Below, one piece after another: positions 1 to 11,251 of a stretch of 64,000 bases of DNA. Origin of the DNA: Nemertoderma westbladi (lineage: Eukaryota > Animalia > Xenacoelomorpha); the NCBI GenBank assembly GCA_032718475.1, contig JAUCBJ010007613.1:1-64000 (forward strand). The letters run 5' to 3'. Every line of letters begins with the position of its first letter. Positions within the stretch are counted from its first letter, which is position 1. The notes beneath the pieces are model-generated. The model saw only the letters and a program-made list of their open reading frames with translations. It did no database searches and was not told where the DNA came from. The position numbers were made by a program, and so were the translations under genes.

Positions 1-172
1 TATTGTTAAGTAAAAATACTATAGACGCTGCGAGGGCAGCGTGAAACGAACAACGAAAACCTACCGGTATGGTTTAGGCAGTTATTTGAGCAGCATACAG
101 TACAGCAGTACTGAAGGCTGCAGTCCAGCAGTTGTGTTACACGTACCGGTACCAGGTTACACTTATTATGCC

Positions 173-697
173 ATGGTTCCCGATAAAATAAACCCAGAAA
201 AGGAAGCGCAAGAGATCCAAAGGAGAAAACTCATGGGAGATGAAAACTACGAAAAATACATAAAACGAAAACACGATCACCAAGGAATCGGTAACAATTC
301 TATTAAAGTTTTACGGGAAGGACATCCGAGATACAAACCGGACTCGATGAGTCCGGAGAGACGCGAAGAAATGATCGCATCACTGGAGTCCCATCGTAGT
401 CGGTTGTCAGGGGAACGCAGTCGGAAGGTGTCGGATGATCCGACACTGTGGGCTGTGGTTGGCGGGACCGCGGCCATTCTCGCCTACAGACTCTACAAGT
501 GGAGGACCGCGCCCCATCTGGTACCCGGGCACCTATACCTAACTACAACCAGAGTGTTAGCCCAAGGGTTCTTTGTAGTTGGTTTAGGCGGACTTATCGG
601 TTATAAATATATAAAAGATTCTTACAACAGCAGTTACTCCAACTCCAATAATAATTTACCTGTTTCTAACTCAATAAGTAATGAAAGTGATAGATGA
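173..697 (+). CDS. HIG1 (hypoxia-induced gene 1) domain membrane protein, HIGD1/2-like, single exon
   Basis: Two hydrophobic helices (PTLWAVVGGTAAILAY; FFVVGLGGLIGY) with the HIG1-type motif T-R-V-L-A-Q-G-F. ATG at 173 in strong gccATGg context (the ORF-track GTG at 41 is unlikely in a eukaryote). AATAAA at 736-741. Confidence 0.8.
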   Translation: MVPDKINPEKEAQEIQRRKLMGDENYEKYIKRKHDHQGIGNNSIKVLREGHPRYKPDSMSPERREEMIASLESHRSRLSGERSRKVSDDPTLWAVVGGTAAILAYRLYKWRTAPHLVPGHLYLTTTRVLAQGFFVVGLGGLIGYKYIKDSYNSSYSNSNNNLPVSNSISNESDR

Positions 698-1184
698 TGA
701 TTGTTTTATATTATAATATCAAGTTAATTTTAGTTAATAAACATTATTACTTTATTACATTGATTATAGGCAATGTACTGGAAGCTGCTTATAATCACAT
801 TAAATAGCTTTTTTTTATATACATGTAACAATTCATTTCGCTGTGCGACATAGAAAATGAACCTTAAGTACAGAAGGTGTAGCCTTGCTCCTTGTATGAT
901 AATTAAATCACACTATTTCGACTTTTATAGTCAATAAAACATAAAACTGAAACAGTCAGAATAGTACGGTAACAAATCCCTCCCTATAACTAAAAACTAA
1001 CAATGTTGCTCTTATAAATTACTGTTTAAAATGTTTGTGAACATTAATATCATGTTATCGTTTAATTTAAAAACAATTTTATACTTTTCAGAGATCGTCG
1101 CAATATTCAATGTTAATTTTAAGAAAATTTAAATTTAGCAAGGTTGTTGTAAGTCTATCTCACTTGTTTTATGAATTATTTATT

Positions 1185-1810
1185 TACAGTGGTATACCCC
1201 CCCCCCCCCCCCCCCCCCACAGGTAAAATTTTCAAATTGTTGTTTCTTTATTTCACCTACAGCAGAATTTGATGAGGATTACAAATCTGAAATCCGCTTA
1301 GTGAGACCTCTTTCAGTTCTCGAGTTGTCACTGTTTTTCCGTATGACGGTCTGTCCGTCAAATTGTAAGAAAGACAGAAGACCGACAGGCAGACAGATAT
1401 ACTAGATTCCACCAAAAATTAAAACTGACATTGGAAATGAAATCAGCGACCCGGAAAACCCCAGTTAATGAACATTTGAGCTCGTTGGTGTGCATCCTTC
1501 GTGCCAGAAATAATTAACTAGCCAGAACACAAACAGTCACTTTTGGCGGGACGGTTTAAACTTTGAAGGGCATTTTCTCGGAATGACATTTTTAATTTTC
1601 AAATTACTACTCCTCCGTCATTTTTCAACGAATTTTCTTCTTTTATGGCTCATTCGAACGAGCTTTGGAAGCTCTTTTAAAGTTATCTTATGGAATTTTG
1701 ATAAATATTACCATTTTTTCTAATTAGCCAATTTTAATTAAAAATATGATAATTAATTAATTAAAATAAAAATGGCTAATTAAAAATTCTATAAGATAAC
1801 TTTTATAGAG
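1185..1810. mobile_element. Possible degenerate non-autonomous DNA-transposon fragment
   Basis: Starts TA|CAGTGG, contains a poly-C run and repeat-like motifs (gaaatcagcgacccggaaaaccc). No matching second TIR found; boundaries approximate. Confidence 0.25.
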
Positions 1811-2003
1811 TCTGACGAATGTAGATGTGGGACTGCGCATTAACAATGGAGTCACATGAGGTCAAGTTTACCTACTGTTAGTAAACAAAACAAACCAATG
1901 AGGTTTATCAACTTGTTGCCTTGACATGATGTATCTCTACTCTATCAAATTACTTATGAGATTGTTGGCAAATTGCAATGTTGCTTAAGGACACCAAACC
2001 CTA

Positions 2004-2931
2004 GGATGTAGGACAATTCGGTCCCGGACAATTCGGTCCCGGACAATTCGGTCCCGGACAATTCGGTCCCGGACAATTCGGTCCCGGACAATTCGGTCCC
2101 AAAACACTAAATAAATGGGACCGAATTGTCCGGGACCGAATTGTCCTAGGACCGAATTGTCCGGGACCGAATTGTCCGTTTCCTGATATCAACTTTTTAG
2201 TGCTTTTTTGATATTGGTGAATGTTCTAGAACATTAGTAGAGATATTTGTTATGGTACCTAGTGTTATTTACTTGCTAGAATTTTTTGAAATTTTAAAAA
2301 TACTGTATTTTTTTTTATTTTTGTTATTGGTAAGTGTTCGAGAACATTATTATATATTATTTATTAAGGTGTAGCTAATGTTTTTTTTTACTAGCTGTTG
2401 ATATTTCAGAATTAGGCCTAAACTGTTGCTGATTATATTAATTACCAAAAATATTGATGATATTATATAACAGTCCCTGAATGAGATCCAGCTATTATCT
2501 AGGATAATAATTTAGGCTTGTTAACCAACCAACAACACATACAGTATAAATACGCAATATACTGTATTAAAAAATTCAGCTTTAAACATTTTAAATACAT
2601 ACTATTACTAGCTAGTAAATAATTCACAAGCTCCATAAAAACACTTATACTACCATAAAACTACCATAAATAATAATGTTAACAAAAAAAAGTAAATTTT
2701 TTTTACTTAAAAAAAAATACTAGCTGCAAAAAAAACACTAGCTACCATATAATAATATATATTAAGGTTCTAGAACATTCGCCATTATATAGTACCAATT
2801 CAATTTGGTCCCGGACAATTCGGTCCCGGATAATTCGGTCCCGGACAATGGGACCGAATTGTCCGGGACCGAATTGTCCGGGACCGAATTGTCCGGGACC
2901 GAATTGTCCGGGACCGAATTGTCCTGCTTCC
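2004..2931. mobile_element. Foldback/Mutator-like MITE with modular TIRs
   Basis: 9-bp TSD CAAACCCTA (1995-2003 and 2932-2940). TIRs GGATGTAGGACAATTCGGTCCC / GGGACCGAATTGTCCTGCTTCC. Subterminal arrays of the 15-bp unit GGACAATTCGGTCCC; AT-rich non-coding core. Confidence 0.9.
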
Positions 2932-3207
2932 CAAACCCTATCCCAAAACTAAATGATAAAATTATACTGTCTAGCTGATTATTTGTTGAATCACATTATA
3001 TTTTGATACAGTAGTAATTCGTAATATCGTAATCATACAGTACGTATGATCAGGAATGTTGGCCTGCTGTCACCTGTGTAGGCCTACTGTATGTTAGTAC
3101 CGGTATGTACCTAGTATGTTAGGTAAATAATGTTTGGTGGTACAATTAATCATCATCAGAACCCATTACCCATGGAATACGAATAACATAAAACATAAAA
3201 CAAATCT

Positions 3208-3272
3208 ATAGAGCTCCCATAATAATTGATAATACAATAATATTGTATTATCAATTATTATGGGAGCTCTAT
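3208..3272. repeat. 65-bp palindrome (32-bp arms, 1-nt centre), probable minimal TA-targeting MITE
   Basis: ATAGAGCTCCCATAATAATTGATAATACAATA-A-TATTGTATTATCAATTATTATGGGAGCTCTAT. Confidence 0.9.
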
Positions 3273-3401
3273 TATATATTATATTGGCTACCACCAAAAG
3301 AAGCGAACTACACTAGGTATTGTCTGTAGTCATGTAAGTAGGCCATATATCACCAAACTACTGTATATTAGTTCAGTTTATGATGTTGAGTTGTTTAGCG
3401 A

Positions 3402-3457
3402 TTAGCATAATCCACAGCTCTTCTGGCAATCTGCTCCCAGCTCTGAGTCGCAACGGC
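3402..3457 (-). CDS. Last coding exon of secreted ShKT peptide gene: (G)RCDSELGADCQKSCGLC*
   Basis: Acceptor tttgtag|, phase 1; ends in the ShKT C-x3-C-x2-C signature followed by TAA at 3404-3402. Confidence 0.85.
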
Positions 3458-3886
3458 CTACAAATATAATCAGTATTAGTAGTTAAACATAATATTTTGT
3501 TTGTTTAATTTCCACTATGTAGAATGTCAATATTATGAACCGAAATTAATTAAGAATTACATAATGTTGTTGCCGGGCTATTAACTGTGGAAGAGTCTAA
3601 GATCCCATGCTGGTTAGAACTAACACTAGGGTGCTGTGTAGGATTTATACCACCATTCTCACTTAACGAATGAGGCATTGGGACCTAGATAACGTAACAT
3701 CTTATTACCAAAACCAAGCGTCACCCTGCAGAATTCATTAATAAGTCGAATCAGTATTTGCTATCATAGTACTTAATGTAAGTAGCCTGCATTTATCAAT
3801 AAATATCTATAATTCTGTAATCTTTAATAAATAGAATAAAATAGGCTACATATTGTTGGTTTGGTTTACATTGTAAATAAACTTAC

Positions 3887-3946
3887 CAGAATTGACTACA
3901 CCATTACAGTTGCTGGAAGTATCTTCACAAACTGCTGCGGCCCTTG
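3887..3946 (-). CDS. Internal exon of secreted ShKT peptide gene: (A)RAAAVCEDTSSNCNGVVNS(G)
   Basis: Acceptor ttttacag|, donor |gtaagt, 60 nt, phase 1-1; C-x-D-x4-C start of ShKT domain. Confidence 0.85.
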
Positions 3947-4327
3947 CTGTAAAACCAAAACATAAAATAGTAAATAAAAACTGAGTCAGCACTTCAGTAG
4001 GACTATTATTCCCTGTAACTGAAATCGTGCCTACAAATCAGCTTGTGTGATACAATGGAAACATTCGTATCTTAATAACGATATTATTATTATTATTACG
4101 ATTTATTACAGCGAGTAAAAACCACAATAATTTTATTATTATTCATGTCGCTTGAAAGTGTATTTGACGGAATTTATTCTAATGCAGATAATAATGACCT
4201 CAAACATCACCTAGAATTATTTTGTTATTTTTCGAATCAGCCACATAAAATACCCCATAGTTAGAAAAAAAACAATAAAAACAGGCTTACTTTTGAAAAA
4301 GTTTGAAAATGTATCACGTGGTGTAAA

Positions 4328-4631
4328 TTGAGTCAGTTGGAACATGAATGAATGTTGAGTCAGTTGGAACATGAAAGAATGTTGAGTCAGTTGGAACATG
4401 AAAGAATGTTGAGTCAGTTGGAACATAAAGAATGTTGAGTCAGTTGGAACATGAAAGAATGTTGAGTCAGTTGGAACATGAAAGAATGTTGAGTTAGTTG
4501 GAACATGAAAGAATGTTGAGTCAGTTGGAACATGAAAGAATGTTGAGTCAGTTGGAACATGAAAGAATGTTGAGTCAGTTGGAACATGAAAGAATGTTGA
4601 GTCAGTTGGAACATAAAGAATGTTGAGTCAG
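4328..4631. repeat. 27-bp minisatellite, ~11 copies (intronic)
   Basis: Unit GTTGAGTCAGTTGGAACATGAAAGAAT, near-perfect, no spacers. Confidence 0.95.
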
Positions 4632-4912
4632 AAACATATTTTATGAAGTGAAAACAAAAAACCTTACCGACTTTCGATAATTTGGAATAAGCGTTTATAA
4701 ATTAAGAGACGGCTTTCTTGGGCAAAACATCTATAGTTTTCGGAAAATCAAATATTTTTGTTCCTGAACCCTCCTTTATTTTTTAATAAAAAAAACTAAA
4801 AAAAAAAGTAAAAATAAATGTTTTTCTTCATTTAGATAAAATTTGTGGAATGATTTGGGCAAGAAAGATTTACTTAGAAAGATATAATAAATTAATTTCG
4901 CAATCAATTTAC

Positions 4913-5078
4913 CGTAAGGGCACGGTCCTTCTGTCCAATACGAAGACCACGAGGAGGTCCACCACCACGAAGTCCAGTAACACCAATCTCGTATGGAGAG
5001 CATTAATTCCTCCTCTCTTTGGACTGGAACACCATTTACTGCCGAGAACAGGCCTACTAAGATAAAAACAAAAAACAT
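4913..5078 (-). CDS. First coding exon: signal peptide + acidic propeptide + Trp-rich segment, probably spliced to the ShKT exons
   Basis: MFFVFILVGLFSAVNG-VPVQREEELMLSIRDWCYWTSWWWTSSWSSYWTEGPCPY; phase-1 donor G|gtaaat at 4913/4912, compatible with the exon at 3946. Confidence 0.65.
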
Positions 5079-5231
5079 CCTTCCAAGATCTGGTTTAAAT
5101 AAAAACAATAGGGCTAAGAGAGTTTACAATGTTTTAGTTAGGAATTTTCAATTGCAGCTTTTTTTAATTTATTTAAGAGATTGAGAATATTCTACTATGA
5201 TCTGCATTATATATACAGATATTAGGCCACA

Positions 5232-5348
5232 ATAATCTCCTGCTATTGGTTGCTGGGTTGCAATGATCTCCTGCTATTGGTTGCTGGGCCACAATGATCT
5301 CCTGCTATTGGTTGCTGGGCCGCTATGATCTCCTGCTATTGGTTGCTG
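5232..5348. repeat. ~31-bp tandem repeat, ~4 copies
   Basis: Repeated atgatctcctgctattggttgctggg core. Confidence 0.85.
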
Positions 5349-5970
5349 CAAAATACTTATCGTACCTATTGGCTAAAAGAAATATTGCCTAAATCATGCT
5401 GCAAATGCGATCGCCGATTTATCCCAAAGGAAGTTATATATTTTCCAAGGTGGGCCGGCCTACAATTTCTGTGGAGGCAGAGAGCAAACCATGGATTTGG
5501 GGGGGTGGGGGGGGGGGGGGGTGTGTGGGGGGATCCTAGCTCCATTGCTGTTCTTATTGTACATAAATAACTTTCCGAACTGTACATAACTACTAACTGG
5601 ACAACCGCAATAACCTGGAAACGTTAATATCAACAGTAAACAAAGTAGGCCAAAGTTACTGGTACATAACTTCTTATTACAATATACGACTGACGACTGG
5701 CTTAAACTGTCCTTTAACTTAATTTCATCATAATATCTAATGTTCAAGAATAAATTTGCGGTTCCATTTAGTGAAACAAAAACTAAAAGACACCAAAATC
5801 GAACTAACCACTCATATAAAATTACCGGCCGTTTGGACAGATAATAGATCAAACTGGGAAAATCACTGTTCTTACTTACATAGGCCTACTCAAAAAATTA
5901 TCCAAACCATCCGGCTTATTTTATAAAATTCGTCATTATACAGTATTTCCACTCCAAATTCTTCGTCTCT

Positions 5971-5978
5971 TATTTATA
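5971..5978 (-). promoter_or_regulatory. Candidate TATA box of the ShKT gene
   Basis: TATAAATA on minus strand; downstream donor |gtaagt (5879-5874) and acceptor ccag| at 5090 just before the ATG would give a 5' UTR exon. Confidence 0.35.
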
Positions 5979-6148
5979 CCACTCACTTGTTCATCCTTCC
6001 ATTCTGTACACGATTTTAATATAGGGAGGTAGGTAAATACAATAAATATACAAATACAATTAGAATAAAACGCAATAAAACAATCCAATCCGTGCAATCA
6101 TTTTCAGTCATTACCAAGCGAATTTAATTGTACATTGTAAGCTGGTTC

Positions 6149-6741
6149 TGTGACGGGATCAAGAGATCCCGACCGGATTTGTTGACTACGCGTCACCGCG
6201 TTTACCTTAGGGTTGCTGATATTTAGGCCGAGGCCGTTGTGCCGAAAATAATAGCAGTTAATGTTGTCTCTTGATATTTAGATAAAATATATGTAATAGC
6301 ACAGGTGTGCGTGTGTTGGTGGCGGTGGCGATGACGATGACGGTGTAAAACATCACCGGTCTGCACTAAAGCTGATGACTGAGTAAACTGAACCGGTATG
6401 GTAATATGCATTGACAATATATGTAATCACTCCTACGCTGCTGTGGCCTTTCATCCAGTGGATGCTCTCCCTCTCCCCTATTGGCTGATAATCTACTTCA
6501 CGCCTCTCCCCTCTCTGGGAATGCTTCCCCCCCCCCCCTGTTGGCCCCTGCTGGTTGTTTCCCTTCCCAAGGTGATTTGACCTCTAACCTCCCTTTGTGT
6601 GGCTTTGGGGTTGTGTTGTCCCCGGTGTGGGATTGTGATACGAGATTGGTTATTGCCAATCTCGTACCTCCAAAATATTGCCGAAAAAAGGTGCCACTTC
6701 CCATTTATGAGGGTAATGCAGCGGAACTGAATCCGCTTACA
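6149..6741 (-). repeat. 3' LTR of element A (593 bp)
   Basis: TGT...ACA ends; termini match those of the D and E LTRs (tgtgacgggatc); adjacent G-rich PPT at 6742-6750. Confidence 0.88.
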
Positions 6742-7491
6742 CTCCCCCCCATGCTATCTTCCCGGTGAGAAGATAGCATCACCCATAAGTGCGCTTCAAT
6801 TCCGCTGGAACCCGATCTACTATTGGGTGTGGGATGGAGTTCTTTTCTTGGAGTCGGCTTTCCGGGCCGCTCCCTCTGGGTATGATGTTACTACCCCCTC
6901 TTGGTGCAACCGCAACCTATGTTGCACCAAGACATCTGGCGTTTCGGTTCGAGAAAATTGTGGACTCTTCTCACACAATTTTGTATCTCCACTCTACTCT
7001 AAACTGACTCTAACTTCTCTAGTTCCACTCTAACTCCACTCTACTTTCGGAACTCTTTGTCCCTCACTCTGCCTCTTACTCCTCGCTCCCCACATTTGAA
7101 TTGCACCCGTATTCTCTCCACACGCGTCAACACCACCTCTCACTATCTCCCCTGCGCTCCTGTACTCAACCCTTACTCACTTTGCCCCATTCACTCCTGA
7201 CGAGCCTCACCCTCCCCTTCCGTGCCGTCGCACTTAAGAAGTGTGAAGTGTGTAGTGCCACGTCTAGCCTCCCGTCCTCCTGTTATAGTCGATTGGTTCC
7301 CAGTCCCACTAGCTAGTTTGAAAAGGTTACATGACTATAGTACTTACTTTGATTATATTGAATATGTATTGATTATATAATTATACTTATTACATACGTA
7401 CATACTAATTGCACTTTTATTAAATTTGCAATTAGAAGTTCGTATTACTTCACAATGTTACCAGGCATCGCCACATCTCCCCCTCCAAGTT

Positions 7492-10052
7492 CTAGTTCGC
7501 TCCTCCTGTCTTTGGGAACCATCTCAGTTCCTTCCCTCTGTTGTCGTCCTGTCTCGGTCGCTTCCTGGTTGTCGATGCTTCCTTGTTCTTATCCTCCTTA
7601 AGGCTCCTCATCCTTGCCGTTACCTCCTTACTGATTCCCGTGGTCGATTCCTTGGGCGCTGATGTTATTAGCTCCCGGTATCGCTTCGCAGGTGGCCCCT
7701 CCGAATGCCCCTGCTGCTTTCCCTTAGTAGCGTCCCATAAGATCACCTTCATGGCCCGTGGCACATGCTCTGCCAGGAAATCTCTGAACTCTCCCCGGTT
7801 CTCTGGCGCCCATCTATCTAAATACCTCTGTGTATTGATCACTCCACCATACAATGCCGCCGTCACTACTTCTTGATAAGTAAACGGAAGTCTCCATTTA
7901 ATAATTTCCAGGTGGGCCACCTGGTTAATATTGAAGAAACCCCACCGGAACTCCTGGGCCTTCATTCTTTGCCGAGTCATGACGCCGACGTCGGTCCACT
8001 CCTCGAAGATCTTAAACTACTCCTCGTCATCCATCCAGTTGCACTGGCGTCCGTAGTGCCCCCGGAAGTTACACTTAGAACACCGGTTGTGCAACAACGG
8101 ACACGCACCCATCCTGTGACTCGACTCGCGGCAGTAGGGGCAACTCGTCCCCTTCTGGAATCGATACAAGCAGCTCTTTTCCTGGTGAGTAAGCCTCCCG
8201 CAGTAATTGCAGCCGTGTATAAACGCATTCTGCCCCAAGTCGTCTTTTGCCCCAAGCAATCTCCTCGGTCTATGGAGCCGTTGGTAAGCAAACTTCTGGA
8301 CATTAACGTCTCTGACCATGTCTATGTCCTCGTCTCGCCGCGGCATTGTCTCTCCGAACACTACCCATGGTGCCGTTCCCGGTTGCTCGCCCAACCTGAT
8401 GGTGCTCCCCGCAAAATCCATTGTCGGCTCCTCATGCACCCAGGCCCGCTTACCGGGTTTATCCCAGAAGGCTCTCGCCCTGCTGGCCGTCACCACCCTC
8501 CCGCCAATCCAGTCCCTGTCTGAGTGGCCAATCCTCTTGATGGGCGGCATCTCGCCGAACTCGTCGTCATCCTCAACCTCCGCTGGGAGTGGATCCAAAC
8601 CCGGTATCCCGGTAGACCCACTGTGTCCCTTCCCACCTTGGCTCTCGCCCAAAACTTTCCATCCTTCTAGTTCCCTTGGTCTTTTCTTCGCGAAATCGCC
8701 CTCGGCGCCTGCTGGCATGGGCGTCGCCTGCAATCCCGATGTCGACTGTTTCGGCGATCCTTCTTTCCATCCCAACTCTTGCCCCAGAGACTCGCCCGAG
8801 CTCCTTGATCCCCACTGTAAATCGTCCAAGGCCTGGGCCTCGAACCCATAGCCCTCTCCTCTAGCTTCCACCTCTCTGTCGTCTGCCTCCCTCCTTTCTC
8901 GTCTGGCGATTTCTTCCAATCGCTTCTCCTCTAGTCTATCCGCCTCCAGCTTCTCCCACCTCTGATATGGTGTATCCACCTCCCTGTCTACTAGATATTG
9001 GCAGTTGTAGTATACCGACTCGCCCTTCAGCCCCGGGTGGTCTGCCAGACCCTCGAAGGCCACTTTGAAGGCTCTTCTGTAGTTCAGGGGTGATCCTAAT
9101 AGCAGAAACGCCGTTGGCTCTCTTCCGATAACCACGGCCATGAATAGGTTTAGTAAACCTATCATTATCCAATCTTCCTGCAGGATATATCGCTTCTGAT
9201 ATATCTTTATTTCTCCTTTCCAGAATTGATACACCTCCTGTTTCCCTGGCCTCACTCCCCACTTTAGCGAGTTCGCCAACTCCACTCCGTACTCCTCCCT
9301 GAATTTACCCCAGTCCATCGGCTTGTGGCAGACGAGCCCCATTAGCTGGCCCATCGCCACTGTTCCGCAATGTCCTGTGTTCTCTACTAGTCCCAACCCA
9401 GCTGGCCCTGTCATAGCCATGTAGACCGTTTGCATGTCCAGGAGGTTGGGGGTCTCCGGACCGATGATCCTCTCCGCATCGTCGCAGATCGCCAATCCAC
9501 GTTCATCGTCGACTTCTCCCTTACTACATTCTGCACCGCCATTGGTAACCAGTTTAATTTCAGCCCGCTCTTCTTCCCATACGTTCCCAGATCGAACAGG
9601 AATATGTCCCCATTTGGCGCAGCCAAATGCAGAAGTATGGTTCTGGCCGACCCCGTCGACCCTCTCCTCGAACCCTCGTCATCTTCCATGGTCCCTTCGT
9701 CGTCTAGGACCACGTATCCTCCCCTGCTGACATACTCTACGAACCTCTTCCAGTCCTTTCTCGGTGGTTCCCTCAGATACTTCGGTATCCCAAACTTCGC
9801 CTCGTCTCCGTTTACCACATAGTGAAAATGCTCGAGGATCGCGTTGTCTAGCGACGGCGTCCCGTAGGTCCCGACCAGCCGCCTCTCGTGCACCTTCCTA
9901 AAATGGTCCTGCAGCGCTCGCGCCTTGTGACCCTTTTCTAACCACTCATAGTAACCTTTCGTCTTCTCCTCCGGATGCCTCTCGGTGAAATCTACTAGTA
10001 TCTCCTTTCCACCCATTTCCGCCTTTCTCTTTCTGACAAGTCTCTCCACCAT
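7492..10052 (-). pseudogene. Extra ORF of element A: DEDD-like 3'-5' exonuclease + acidic linker + 3 CCHC zinc knuckles + basic tail (~850 aa; one frameshift near 9495, one premature stop at 8017-8019)
   Basis: YVVLDDEG, LLHLA..IFLFDL, AICDDAERI, NLLDMQTVY, YQKRYILQED; knuckles CNYCGRLTHQEKSC, CPYCRESSHRMGAC, CSKCNFRGHYGRQC. The stop reads as Lys in the E copy. Confidence 0.75.
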
Positions 10053-10544
10053 TTCGAATGCTCCCTATCGCTCACCTTCGAGGTGGTGCCTTGCCAAGGC
10101 TCAATATAGGTGAGTGATGTAGTTAGGATGGTCTGTGTGGTCCGATAATGGCCTATCTCTCTCAGAACGCTAGGTTTTACGCTATATTTGCCTATTTTAC
10201 CCCCTAAAGTGCTAAATTTCCCTAAATTCCCTAAATCTGTCAGTTACTTTTATTATGTTCTAGAATTTTCTGCCTACTGTTGCTATAATTTGTTGAATTT
10301 TAATTTTAATATTAATTTTAATTATATTACTGTGCTATCAATACTTATAATGGATTATTTTGTTCAAATAATCTCTATGGTTTGCATACAGGGTAGACTA
10401 GCTATTCCTTACTGTGCTAGTCTGCACCAGGTAAACCTCCTGGCCCTGTATCAAACATTCTGACCTACTCTAAGGGGCTGTGCAGTACAGTAGTATGTCT
10501 AGTGCGGCCTACACGGTCTGTTCTGCTGTACCCACATGCCCCCC

Positions 10545-11100
10545 TCTCACTTCTTACTACTAACCCTACTAACTCTCTAACTCTACTAATTCCCTAACTC
10601 TCACTAACTCTCTAACTCTTACTAACTCTTACTAACTCTTACTAACTCTCTAACTCTACTAATTCCCTAACTCTCACTAACTCTCTAACTCTTACTAACT
10701 CTTACTAACTCTTACTAACTCTCTAACTCTTACTAACTAACAGTACTACGTACCCTCTTACAACTCTACTAACTCCACTAACGGTACTACGTACCCTCTT
10801 ACTCTCTAACTAACTCCACTAACTGTACTACGTACCCTCTTACTCTCTAACTAACTCCACTAACGGTACTACGTACCCTCTTACTCTCTAACTAACTCCG
10901 CTAACGGTACTACGTACCCTCTTACACTCTAACTAACTCCGCTAACGGTACTACATACCCTCTTACTACTAACTCTTACTAACTCTTACTAACTTCTATC
11001 TGCCTACTTACTTACTACTACGTACTATGTACTATTACTTTCCTTTCTCTTTCTAACTTTCTAACTTTCTTTCTATTATTTTATTATTTTTATTATTTCT
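10545..11100 (-). repeat. Low-complexity spacer with 10-bp and ~40-bp tandem units carrying GGTAC-GTA-GTACC hairpins
   Basis: (ctaactctta)n and (ctaacggtactacgtaccctcttactctctaactaactcc)n on plus strand. Confidence 0.9.
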
Positions 11101-11251
11101 TATATTTTTGTGGGAAGGGTTTCTCGCCCTCAATCCCACCCCCCTCAGTCCAACACTTGGACGACTAAACTCTATGGTGCCCCTTCTAGTAGGCAACACT
11201 TCCCTACAGCCCTCCTGTAGGTCTTCCTATCTTTCGCTCCTATCTTACCCC

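Noticed and set aside
41-172. N-terminal extension of the first ORF from a GTG start
   Set aside because: Eukaryotic context; the ATG at 173 has a strong Kozak sequence.
2001-2192. 63-aa ORF with GPNCP repeats
   Set aside because: Translation of the 15-bp MITE repeats.
4217-4631. CRISPR-like array or MFQLTQHSF repeat protein
   Set aside because: Units are contiguous with no unique spacers and no cas genes are present; simple minisatellite.
4668-4730. Possible extra 63-nt exon of the ShKT gene (minus strand)
   Set aside because: Weak acceptor and in-frame TAA; not included without transcript data.
7492-10052. Envelope gene at the env position
   Set aside because: No signal peptide or C-terminal transmembrane anchor; nuclease-like and knuckle motifs instead.
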